From Candidatus Latescibacterota bacterium (GTDB lineage Bacteria; Latescibacterota; UBA2968), in assembly GCA_047619225.1 (NCBI GenBank), contig JBLHJX010000003.1:4294-68293 (forward strand): a stretch of 64,000 nt of DNA, given 5' to 3'. Below the pieces are notes generated by a model that was not told the DNA's origin, made no database searches, and saw nothing but the letters and a program-made list of their open reading frames with translations. Below, in pieces: positions 23,206 through 31,957 of this stretch (within the stretch, counting starts at the first letter, position 1; each line of letters begins with the position of its first letter). Both the position numbers and the translations under genes were made by a program.

Positions 23206-25259
23206 TGCAATCAAAATGGTTTTATCCGGTGCTGATCGTTTTGGCAGGTGCCGTGGTTTATGCCAACAGTTTGCAAAATGGTTTTACATTTGATGATTGG
23301 CCCCTGGTTGCGCAAAACCCTTTGGTGATGCAACCTCATATTGGGGCCATTTTTTCGTCTGCCTATTGGCCAGACCGCCCAGAGTTGGGGTTGTATCGGC
23401 CCTTGACAACTTTGAGTTATGCAATCAATCGGTTGGTGTTGGGCGAGGGACCTTGGGGGTTTCATTTGGTGAATGTGGCATTGCACATTGTCAATGCCTT
23501 GTTGGTTTTTGTAGGGATGCGAAAAATTCTTGAGCGGCCGTTTGCGGGATTGTGCGCTCTCATTTTTTTGTTACATCCGGTTCAGACTGAAGCCGTGAAC
23601 AGTATTGTGGGACGCGCAGAACTCTTAGCCGCGTTTTGGATGTTGATGGCTTGGATTGCTTTTGCTTATGGTGTTGGCCGGTGGCGCTGGATTTTGGCGG
23701 CATTGGCCATTTTTTTAGGCTGTTTATGCAAAGAGCACACTGCGATGATGGTGGGTGTTTTGGCCGTCGTTGCGTTTTCGGGCTTGTTCTATACACATCG
23801 AGATATGGGAGAATCCAAGTCTGGGTTTATGGCTCAGTGCTCTCGGTTTTTCAAAGAGAGCCTGAGTGGGATCGTGTTGTGCATTGGGGTTGTGGGTTTG
23901 TTTCTATGGATGCGTTACGCAGTCATTGGTGCGGTGCTGTTGCCGAGCAAACCGACCTTTATTGATAATCCTTTGGCGCATGTAGATCATTGGCAACGGT
24001 GGTTTAATGCGCTGAGTGTTATTTGGCGGTATACCGTGCTGATGTTTTGGCCGAGTGGTTTTTCTGCGGACTATTCTTTTCAGGCCATCCCGCTTGTCGC
24101 GTCTTTGTGGCATGGTTCGGTTTTGGCGGGTTTGATTGTTGTTTTGGGTTTGTTGGGATTTATTGTTTTTTCTGTCAGACGGCCTGGTTTCGAATCATGG
24201 GTTGTGGCCGCTTTGTGGATTGCACTGCCTGCACTGCCTGTTTCGAATCTCTTGTTTCTAATTGGAACGGTGATGGCTGAGCGATTCATGTATGCGCCCA
24301 TGGTGGGGTATGGTGTTTTGTGCGGTCTTTATTTTTCTTCAATAGGAGCGCGAAGGCCGGGTTTGGCGTTTGCTATCGCATTGGTTCTGCTTGCCGGCCT
24401 TGCAAAAAATACGACGCAACGCAACCCCGATTGGCAAAATGACTATACTTTGTTTGGCAGTGCAGTAAAGGTTGTACCGGAAAGTGCCAAGGCACATTTC
24501 AATTTTGGCAACGCCATTCGTGATCGTGGCAATTTGACGGCTGCATTGCCACATTATCGCAAGGCTTTATGGATCTATCCAGATTATGCCGAAGTGCATT
24601 ATAATGTCGGTGTTATCCAACAAGGTATAGGTAGGGTTGAAGATGCTCTAACCGCGTATGAGAACACACTTACCGCCAACCCCACCCATGTGAATGCATG
24701 GACAAATGTGGGGATCTTACTCGCTCAAAAAGGGGTTTATGATAAGGCTTGTGAAGCTTTTGAAAAGGCTCTGCAACTGGAACCCAAGCGAGTGGAAATC
24801 AAGTTCAATTATGCTTTGGCATTGCAAAGGCTGAATCGTTTGGATGAGGCCCGCAAGCTCTATTTAGAGATACTTGATGACGCGCCAGATCACGAAGATG
24901 CGGCGATTAATTTGGCTGAATCACATATCCAGCGTGACGAAAAGGAGCAGGCAATTGCGGTGCTGGATGACATTGTGTATGGTCACGGAAGGGCCTATCA
25001 AGCGGCGCTAAATTTGGCTACGATTTTGGAGAAAGAAGAACGATATGAGGACGCACTTCGTGCGTTTTTAAAAGGGGCAGAAGGACCTGGAGAACGGAGT
25101 GTTTTGGCCCTGTTTGGGGTTGCACGATTGTATGGCCGGTTGGGGAAGTTGGATGAAGCGCGAGGTGCTTTGAATCTGTTTGTTGAACGGTGGACAGGCG
25201 ATGCAGTATTTAAAGTTCGGGCACAAAAGATGTTGAAGCAGTTGAATATGGACGGTTGA
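23202..25259 (+). CDS. TMTC-like membrane protein: N-terminal multi-pass (DUF1736/PMT-like glycosyltransferase-type) domain plus C-terminal TPR repeats
   Basis: The N-terminal YANSLQNGFTFDDWPLV motif and about 10 TM helices are followed by TPR repeats (AHFNFGNA..., YNVGVIQQ..., WTNVGILLAQKG...). Confidence 0.75.
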   Translation: MMQSKWFYPVLIVLAGAVVYANSLQNGFTFDDWPLVAQNPLVMQPHIGAIFSSAYWPDRPELGLYRPLTTLSYAINRLVLGEGPWGFHLVNVALHIVNALLVFVGMRKILERPFAGLCALIFLLHPVQTEAVNSIVGRAELLAAFWMLMAWIAFAYGVGRWRWILAALAIFLGCLCKEHTAMMVGVLAVVAFSGLFYTHRDMGESKSGFMAQCSRFFKESLSGIVLCIGVVGLFLWMRYAVIGAVLLPSKPTFIDNPLAHVDHWQRWFNALSVIWRYTVLMFWPSGFSADYSFQAIPLVASLWHGSVLAGLIVVLGLLGFIVFSVRRPGFESWVVAALWIALPALPVSNLLFLIGTVMAERFMYAPMVGYGVLCGLYFSSIGARRPGLAFAIALVLLAGLAKNTTQRNPDWQNDYTLFGSAVKVVPESAKAHFNFGNAIRDRGNLTAALPHYRKALWIYPDYAEVHYNVGVIQQGIGRVEDALTAYENTLTANPTHVNAWTNVGILLAQKGVYDKACEAFEKALQLEPKRVEIKFNYALALQRLNRLDEARKLYLEILDDAPDHEDAAINLAESHIQRDEKEQAIAVLDDIVYGHGRAYQAALNLATILEKEERYEDALRAFLKGAEGPGERSVLALFGVARLYGRLGKLDEARGALNLFVERWTGDAVFKVRAQKMLKQLNMDG

Positions 25260-25264
25260 AAACG

Positions 25265-25531
25265 ATGAAAGAGTTGCGCGAAGCGGGTATTTATGTCAAC
25301 GCATCGCTCGCACCTGTATTATATTGCCAACCCCGAGAATTTGCCCAACAGATCGCAGAATCGGCAGATGGTGTGTATTTTGGGAAAATGGATTACACGA
25401 GCAAAACCGCGATCAAGACCATGCCCAAAGCGCGCGCTTATTTTCACAGCAAGGCGTATGAAGAACTGATTGAGGAATTGCGCGAGGCGTTGGAAGATGT
25501 GGGGATGCTGAAGAAGGAAGAGACTGTATAA
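25265..25531 (+). pseudogene. Probable C-terminal remnant of a radical-SAM-type gene (88 codons)
   Basis: LREAGIYVNASLAPVL...ESADGVYFGKMDY resembles the C-terminal half-barrel of SPL-like radical SAM proteins. There is no CxxxCxxC region and no SD. It begins within or next to the stop of the TMTC-like gene. Confidence 0.35.
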
Positions 25532-25604
25532 ATGAATACGATGACAATCATGATACAATCAGATCGCATTTCCCTTTTTTAAAGGGAACACCGGAGGGTT
25601 TCGG

Positions 25605-26747
25605 ATGGCACTTCAAATTGGTACTGCCGTTGTTGACATTACACCTCGAACGCCATGTTTTTTGGCGGGGTATGCAGGGCGTGATCATGGGCATGAATCT
25701 GTGCACGATCCCATTTCTTTGCGTGCGTTTTATGCACGGGGTAGCAATGGCGATGCACTGGTTATTTCTGCCGATATTTTGTGGTTTTCGGATGCAATAA
25801 TTGAGCGCGCGTTGCCTGTATTAGAAACCGAATTGGGTATTCCTTCTGGACATGTGTTTTTTATAGGGACGCATACCCATTCGGCTCCGAACGTATACAA
25901 CGATGCCAATAAGGCGTGGGCCCAAATGGTGGAAGCACAGGTTGTGACTGCTTCTGCGCTAGCCAAGTCGCGTTTGCAAGATGCGACTTTATTTGGTACA
26001 ACGGGTGAGTCGAAGATTGGGATTAATCGACGTGAGCAATTGCCCGATGGCAAAATTATTTTGGGCGAGAACCCCAACGGGCCCATTGATAGAGAAGTGA
26101 TTCTTATTGAGGCGCGAGACTCAGCAGGTGAGGCGATTGGCCGATTGGGCAATTTTGCATGTCATGGCACGATGCTGAGTCAACGCAATTATCAGTTGTC
26201 GGGCGATTGGCCAGGGCTTGCGGCATCTAAGTTGGAAGCGGATTGTGGATCGCCTTTTGTGTTTTTAAATGGCGGGTGCGCCAATATCGCGCCCCGAGAT
26301 GATCGCAAAGAATCCTTTGAAAAGGTTGAGGCATTGTCTTCGGAGTTTGTGAATGATGTAAAAGGGATGGTTGCTGGGTTGGGAGCATTGGATGGTGACG
26401 ACGCGATTGTGGGTGCCGAGTTGGATATTTACTTGCCGCGCAAATTACGCGATGTAGATGAGGGGATGGGCAAATTTTGCAAGGTACGCATTCAGGGTTT
26501 GCGTATAGGCCCTCTTCGGATTATTGGTTTTCCTGGTGAGGTGTTTGCCCAAACAGCAATGGCGGTGAAAGAGAACCACCCTATGACCATGGTATGTTCA
26601 TATGTAGCAGGCAGTCGTGCGGGATATGTGCCTGTTGCCGAGGCCTATGAAACGGGTGGATATGAGGTGCGGGTATCCCCCTATGCCGAGGAGGCTGAAG
26701 CTGTTTTGCGCCAAGGCTTCTTAGATTTGTTGGATAAACTCAAATAG
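25605..26747 (+). CDS. Neutral/alkaline ceramidase-N-terminal-domain-like hydrolase, hypothetical
   Basis: IGTAVVDITPRTPCFLAGYAGRDHGHESVHDPISLRA...ISADILW and GTHTHSAP resemble the ceramidase-like family. GGAGGG lies upstream. Confidence 0.5.
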   Translation: MALQIGTAVVDITPRTPCFLAGYAGRDHGHESVHDPISLRAFYARGSNGDALVISADILWFSDAIIERALPVLETELGIPSGHVFFIGTHTHSAPNVYNDANKAWAQMVEAQVVTASALAKSRLQDATLFGTTGESKIGINRREQLPDGKIILGENPNGPIDREVILIEARDSAGEAIGRLGNFACHGTMLSQRNYQLSGDWPGLAASKLEADCGSPFVFLNGGCANIAPRDDRKESFEKVEALSSEFVNDVKGMVAGLGALDGDDAIVGAELDIYLPRKLRDVDEGMGKFCKVRIQGLRIGPLRIIGFPGEVFAQTAMAVKENHPMTMVCSYVAGSRAGYVPVAEAYETGGYEVRVSPYAEEAEAVLRQGFLDLLDKLK

Positions 26748-26769
26748 AACCAAAGCGTATCCCATTGGT

Positions 26770-26811
26770 AAATAGGCGGACAATACTTTTATGTATTGTC
26801 CGCCTATTTTT
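26770..26811 (+). terminator. Rho-independent terminator
   Basis: A perfect 17-bp stem AAATAGGCGGACAATAC/GTATTGTCCGCCTATTT has a 6-nt loop and is followed by TT. Confidence 0.8.
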
Positions 26812-26863
26812 ATGCTCCAAAATAGGAGCTCTTTTCATTTCTCTTATGCAGAGGCACAGGTTT

Positions 26864-27622
26864 TTAATCCACGTCCAATACATAACGGGCCAAAGGCGAG
26901 AGCCTTTTTGCTGTTTCTGGACGCAAGTAGGCGCGCTGATCTGTTTGTTGTTTGTGTTCACGGGCAATAAATGCGCAGTGCAATGTGCGGCGAGGTTGCC
27001 CGTCTTGGTTGGTATAAGAACTGTGCCAGAGACTGCCATTAAAAACGGCGACAGAACCCGCTTTGCCCGTTAGAAAAGTCTGATCGGGGTGGTCGGCCTT
27101 GCGATCTTCTATGTAGTCAACAACGCGTCCGGGAGTTAAGTGTGAACCTGGAATGATGCGTGTGGAGCCGTTGGTTTCGGTGAAGTCGTCGAGCATCCAC
27201 ATGGAGTTGACTGTGTGATAAGGCCCGCCGGGTACGGTGGGTTCACCCGTGTCGGCATGTAGGATTTGCAGACCAAACCCTTGGAGAGGATCGTGACCAT
27301 TGACGGAATGTAGTTTAAAGGGGCGTTGTAAGACATGATGCACTGCAGCCAATAAGATGGGTTCTAAATAGACTGGGTCAAAAACTTTCCCTTTGTTCGT
27401 CAAGTCGGCCAGACGGCGAACACCCTCCATCTGTGCCACTTCTACACCGGCTTTTTCTCCTTCTGTTTCGTATATAGCATCAAATGTTTCTCGCAGTGCA
27501 CCCAACCATTGTGTGTCGATGATGTCTTGAAAGACCGTATATCCTTGTTTGTCCAATTGGTGTATGTGTTTCTCACTCAGGGCTTGGGGTTTAAGCCCCA
27601 ACGCGATCAGCTTGGAATCCAT
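26864..27622 (-). CDS. Phytanoyl-CoA dioxygenase (PhyH) family oxygenase (canonical HxD)
   Basis: It has LHADTG (HxD), NGSTRIIPGSH and SLWHSS...RR. Confidence 0.85.
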   Translation of the reverse strand: MDSKLIALGLKPQALSEKHIHQLDKQGYTVFQDIIDTQWLGALRETFDAIYETEGEKAGVEVAQMEGVRRLADLTNKGKVFDPVYLEPILLAAVHHVLQRPFKLHSVNGHDPLQGFGLQILHADTGEPTVPGGPYHTVNSMWMLDDFTETNGSTRIIPGSHLTPGRVVDYIEDRKADHPDQTFLTGKAGSVAVFNGSLWHSSYTNQDGQPRRTLHCAFIAREHKQQTDQRAYLRPETAKRLSPLARYVLDVD

Positions 27623-27650
27623 GTGTCATGTGTCCTTTGGTCTATTTTGT

Positions 27651-28709
27651 TTACAGTGTCCACGTGTGTGCCGTGATATTGAATTGTTCTGCCAACCAAT
27701 TATAAGCGATGTGAAGCGATTCTTCGGTAGGGCGGTGACCTGAGGCATGATCAAAGAAGCCGATGCCGTTGGTGTTGCCATAGAGTGCATAAACTTTGCG
27801 GGCTTCTTCGAGATATTGCCAAGTGGCAGGGCGATCTGCTTCACCGCCGAAGAGCAGAAAAGGTTTGGGCGCAAAGAGGGCAAGCAGATGGTGGTGGGCC
27901 AGCGAGAAGCCTGGGCGGGTGATTTGATCACCCAGATACCACGGGGCATCCCAATTGGTGAAGGACCAACCCATACCAAAGTCGGAGCTGACGATGGCTT
28001 TGAAACGTTCGTCGAGGCAGCCGGCATAGAATGACATTTTGCCACCCAAAGAGTGGCCCATCACGCCTACGCGTTGTGGGTCAATTCTGGGTTGTTTAAG
28101 GAGCAGATCCAATGCTCGGCTGGTATCATATGTGAGTTTGGCGATGCCTGTCCAATTTGGATTGTCTTTGAGCAGTTTCTCCGCACCGTTTTGCCACCAG
28201 GAAAATCCAACATTTTCTGTGGGTTCAGGTACGGTATTGTATGGAAAGGCTTCTGTACAGACCACGATATAACCTTGTTCTGTTAGATGACGGCCAAATT
28301 GAATCAGCGGCGATTCTTCAGCAAGTGGTTCTTGTGTTTCGATATTGAGGCCAATCATGCGATCTGGGTTGTAGAACGGAATCACCATACCTGGACAGGA
28401 TTCTAACAATGGATTTTTCGGTTCCATCAATAGAACGATCTGTTGCGTGGATGGGCTTGTTGGTTGTTTGAATACGGTACCGTGATATGCGGGTTGTTCA
28501 AATGTGCGAATGATTTTGGGGGCGTGATCATAATCTGTGAATGAAGGAGCTCCCAATACGTCTTGCCAGCGACTTTGTAGATCTTTTCGTATAGATATCC
28601 AATCGTCGGGGGAAGGTGTTGACCCAACTGGAAAAATGGCGTCAATGGGTTCGGGATCACCAAAATCGGTATAAGTTGGTTTTGCTACTTGTTCTATAAT
28701 CGATGCCAT
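27651..28709 (-). CDS. Alpha/beta hydrolase (dienelactone hydrolase/esterase-like)
   Basis: It has the nucleophile elbow GHSLGG and a C-terminal DHASGH segment. There is no signal peptide. Confidence 0.7.
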   Translation of the reverse strand: MASIIEQVAKPTYTDFGDPEPIDAIFPVGSTPSPDDWISIRKDLQSRWQDVLGAPSFTDYDHAPKIIRTFEQPAYHGTVFKQPTSPSTQQIVLLMEPKNPLLESCPGMVIPFYNPDRMIGLNIETQEPLAEESPLIQFGRHLTEQGYIVVCTEAFPYNTVPEPTENVGFSWWQNGAEKLLKDNPNWTGIAKLTYDTSRALDLLLKQPRIDPQRVGVMGHSLGGKMSFYAGCLDERFKAIVSSDFGMGWSFTNWDAPWYLGDQITRPGFSLAHHHLLALFAPKPFLLFGGEADRPATWQYLEEARKVYALYGNTNGIGFFDHASGHRPTEESLHIAYNWLAEQFNITAHTWTL

Positions 28710-28753
28710 AGTTTCAAATCCTTGAAAGATAGTTTGATCGAATGGTTGTTTTG

Positions 28754-29944
28754 TCAGGCGCGTTGGACAGGTCCAAAATCTTCAATTTTTTTTCTAATCA
28801 GCTCAAGTCGGGTTAAGTCGGCATCGGGGGGTACGTTGTCTGAAACGCCAAGAATGAGGTGATCTCCGCGACCCAAATTGTCGAATATTTCTTCGAGATA
28901 GGCTTCAAACTGTCTATCGGTCATGTTACTTTGCAAGAGTGCGATAGATGGAATGCCTCCCCAAATGGTGATGTTTGGAATCGCTGTACGCAATTCGGCT
29001 AATGTACACTGTGTCATCGGGGCGGGGCAAACCGATTCTGCTACGTCAAAACGACAATTGGGATACAGAGGCAAGAGATTGCGGTTTTCACCATCACAAT
29101 GTGTCAGCAAGATTTTACCTGCGCTGTGTAGGCGGTCGGCCACTTTTTGTAACCATGGCGTGATTTCTTCAATAAAAAAGGGTGGCCAAGTAAGATCTTG
29201 ATCGTAGTTGGCACCCCAAAACACAACCTCCGCATCACTTTGAACCAGTGCATCTAGTGCGGCATCAAAAAATGGGATCATGTGTTCACAGAGCCTGTTT
29301 AGGTCTTCACGTGCATCATGATAAAAATAGAAGAACTGATCCATAGGTGTCAGTTCGTGTAAGATGAGGTGCATTGGGGAGGCCGCCATTGGACCTCGGG
29401 CCACGGCAATACCTTGATCACCCATGCGTTTTTGAAACTTTGAATACGACTCTGGTGCGGGTACAACTTGGATGTGGTCAAAGACAATACATAAGGCATC
29501 TAAGTCATCGAGGGTGTGCAATGGATAATGTTTGACAAAAGGTAGGGATATGCCGTCAACTTTCATGTGATCTGCGCGGTAAAGATGCGAATGGATCGTG
29601 CCTACCGGTGTTTGGATGTCTGTGATGAGGTTTTCTCCGTCATCATGGCTTTGAATGGGCAGGTTCTGCAATTCAACCCGATAGGGGTAGTCTGAGTGGT
29701 TGTCTAAGCCCAAACTACGCAAAGAGATATCGCGTCCATTGGGAATCGTAAAATCTGCACCCACTGCATGACACGCAACATCGAGTGTTTGTGCAATTTC
29801 AACCGTATTCTTGTTGGCTAGCTGGGGGGGGAGCGTGTTGCGCGCTCGGTGGGCAATGGACCACAGATCCATTCGTGGAGCCCAAGGAATTTGATCGGTT
29901 GCTTCTCCCTGAATGGTGGCGAGTATGCGTTGTTTGTGTGTCAT
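28754..29944 (-). CDS. Uroporphyrinogen decarboxylase (URO-D)-like family protein
   Basis: The layout resembles URO-D/MtaA-like TIM barrels (RILATIQGEATDQIPWAP..., LLTHCDGEN..., IWGGIPS..., ILGVSDNVPPDA). AAGGAG lies upstream. Confidence 0.55.
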   Translation of the reverse strand: MTHKQRILATIQGEATDQIPWAPRMDLWSIAHRARNTLPPQLANKNTVEIAQTLDVACHAVGADFTIPNGRDISLRSLGLDNHSDYPYRVELQNLPIQSHDDGENLITDIQTPVGTIHSHLYRADHMKVDGISLPFVKHYPLHTLDDLDALCIVFDHIQVVPAPESYSKFQKRMGDQGIAVARGPMAASPMHLILHELTPMDQFFYFYHDAREDLNRLCEHMIPFFDAALDALVQSDAEVVFWGANYDQDLTWPPFFIEEITPWLQKVADRLHSAGKILLTHCDGENRNLLPLYPNCRFDVAESVCPAPMTQCTLAELRTAIPNITIWGGIPSIALLQSNMTDRQFEAYLEEIFDNLGRGDHLILGVSDNVPPDADLTRLELIRKKIEDFGPVQRA

Positions 29945-30050
29945 GGTATGCTCCTTCTTTGTTAAGCAGTTACCATGAACATTACTTCGATACCTTGGAT
30001 TACGTCAAAGGATATTTCTTAAAACAATGAATCAAGCAGATGTAGATCGC

Positions 30051-31943
30051 TCAAATAGGGTCAATGTCGACCGAATGAATTTGGTTATTGATGCTTACTT
30101 CGAGGTGATTATCTGAGACGCTTATATCAATCTCAGGCACTGTTTCTTTAAATGGAACAAAGACCATATGGTGTGTATAAGGCAATTGTACCTGACGGTG
30201 CGTTGCCATCTCGTAGGCAGATTGTATTTTGCCATATTCTTGACTAAACCAACCGCGCGCTGGGTCTTTTCGTCCACAGGCGGCGTCAAAACGGAGGTCT
30301 TTTGTGTCTGGGAACTTGACTAATACATTGCCCGATTCAGCGCCATAATCGGTGGTGATGGTGCCTTGTGATTCGTTCCAAGAGATTTCCCCAGGAAAGA
30401 AGTGGAGTAAGAATTCGAGGTCGTGTTTTGTTGTGCCAGAGATATGGTCTTTGACGATCCAAAAGCCCGAACAGTGGTCCTTGGGTTTGTGATAGGCGAG
30501 CCAACGTTCCCATGTGATGTTTTCAAGCTCACCACCCCAGGGGCCGTCGAATTTGCCGTAAGCGATGTCCAAGTCTTCTGTGTTTACCCATGGGTCGTGG
30601 GTGGCTGCAGTTGCGATCCAGTTGGGGTTCATGCGATCTTGTGGTTTGAGGGACCGCATGGCTTGGCCCTGTCCATCTATGAGAATGACGTTGTGCCCTC
30701 GGCTGGATGTGAGGTAGCGTCTTTCTGGTACATCTGCATAGGTAAAGCGCCCCATGGTGCCAATAAGGGGTTGGCCATAGGCCATGAGTTCAAATGTGAG
30801 CGCATCTTCATGCTGATGACCATATCCAAAGGGCGCTGCTTCGAGCAAAGCATAATGGGCGTTTTCATCCCACCCATTGCGCATAACGGCTCTACGAGAC
30901 CATGAAAATCGATGGCTCTGATTTTGTGGTGGCGCGCCTTGAACACCATGGGTAGCTGCATGGATGAAGTCGGGGCGGGCAAATTTTTCACCCGCCGCGA
31001 TGAGGCGTTGGCTGACGTCTCGTTGATCGGCATCGTTGAGCATGGGCAGTTTGCCATCGGGCCGCATGAGATACATGACATGCTCATACATTGAAATGAG
31101 ATAGTCTCGATACGTTTGCGAGAATTTTTGGTTTCCGATGCGATCTGTTTTGTCAAGGACGGCTTCAAAGTTGTGAATGCAAACAAATTGATATCCCGTG
31201 CTGTATTCCACTTGTGCGCCGTCGGGGTGTACTTGTTTGATCATTTCTGCTTCAAATTTTTCAATGGTTATGCGTACCCAGTCTTGTGCGCGTTTGAATT
31301 CGGGAAAAATAAGCCCGCAGGTGAGTACCCCATTGCTTTCCATGAGCAACCAATTGCCGCCTTTGGGGTTCTCTAGAAGAAATTCGGCATGGTCAGATAT
31401 AGACCGCAAATAATAGAGCCACGCATTTTGAGAGATGTTATCACTTTGTTTTAAAGCACCCAAGATAGAGGGCCAAGCACTCATGGTGCGAATGCCAGCT
31501 TCTATGGTACGCCAGCAGGAGCGGTCATCCACTGTGGGGGGATGTCCGCCGACCCAAGTTTGAATCAGGGTGTCGAGCTCTTGGGCATATGTTTCGTCTT
31601 GTGTGGTGAGATAAGCGGAGGCCAATGTGGACCACCAACCGTGTCGATTGAGCGCCCATGTCCATTCCCAATCAATGCCGGGCTTCCAGGTCCAGTCGAT
31701 GACGCTACCTGGCACAGTGCCCTGCTCATTGTAGAAGACAAATTCATGAGCAAGCCCTTTGAGGGCCGCATCGATCACATCGGCGTTGGCTTTTGCAAGC
31801 AGGGTTGGGTCGGGTTCTTCGCGGTTTCGAAAATAGGTGACCAATTCTGACAACGCCCTGCTGACGTTGTTTTGATCAGCGGCGGTTTTAACTTTTTCAA
31901 GCCCTGGGAATGCTAAGTTTAGTTTTTCGAGGAGAGGATGCAT
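30051..31943 (-). CDS. Heparinase II/III-like (alginate-lyase-fold N-domain + heparinase II/III C-domain) protein, with no signal peptide
   Basis: WTWALNRHGWW marks the toroid domain. YGHQHEDALTFELMAYGQPL marks the heparinase II/III C-terminal domain. Confidence 0.75.
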   Translation of the reverse strand: MHPLLEKLNLAFPGLEKVKTAADQNNVSRALSELVTYFRNREEPDPTLLAKANADVIDAALKGLAHEFVFYNEQGTVPGSVIDWTWKPGIDWEWTWALNRHGWWSTLASAYLTTQDETYAQELDTLIQTWVGGHPPTVDDRSCWRTIEAGIRTMSAWPSILGALKQSDNISQNAWLYYLRSISDHAEFLLENPKGGNWLLMESNGVLTCGLIFPEFKRAQDWVRITIEKFEAEMIKQVHPDGAQVEYSTGYQFVCIHNFEAVLDKTDRIGNQKFSQTYRDYLISMYEHVMYLMRPDGKLPMLNDADQRDVSQRLIAAGEKFARPDFIHAATHGVQGAPPQNQSHRFSWSRRAVMRNGWDENAHYALLEAAPFGYGHQHEDALTFELMAYGQPLIGTMGRFTYADVPERRYLTSSRGHNVILIDGQGQAMRSLKPQDRMNPNWIATAATHDPWVNTEDLDIAYGKFDGPWGGELENITWERWLAYHKPKDHCSGFWIVKDHISGTTKHDLEFLLHFFPGEISWNESQGTITTDYGAESGNVLVKFPDTKDLRFDAACGRKDPARGWFSQEYGKIQSAYEMATHRQVQLPYTHHMVFVPFKETVPEIDISVSDNHLEVSINNQIHSVDIDPI

Positions 31944-31957
31944 GTAAGATTCCTAAT

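Noticed and set aside
24186-24250. A tRNA-like T-arm string (GGTTTCGAATC), repeated about 55 nt apart.
   Set aside because: Both copies lie inside the TMTC-like coding sequence. No acceptor or anticodon stems can be built around them. I found no tRNA or rRNA genes anywhere in the window.
25256-25531. A genuine stand-alone 91-aa protein gene.
   Set aside because: It has no SD and its start is buried in the upstream stop. The sequence looks like only the C-terminal part of a larger enzyme family, so it is treated as a remnant with low confidence.
23076-25600. A mobile element (IS or integron cassette) carrying the TMTC-like gene.
   Set aside because: No transposase, integrase, terminal inverted repeats or attC-like site is visible. 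Only two truncated flanking genes and a weak junction similarity were found, so it is reported as a rearrangement scar and not as a mobile element.
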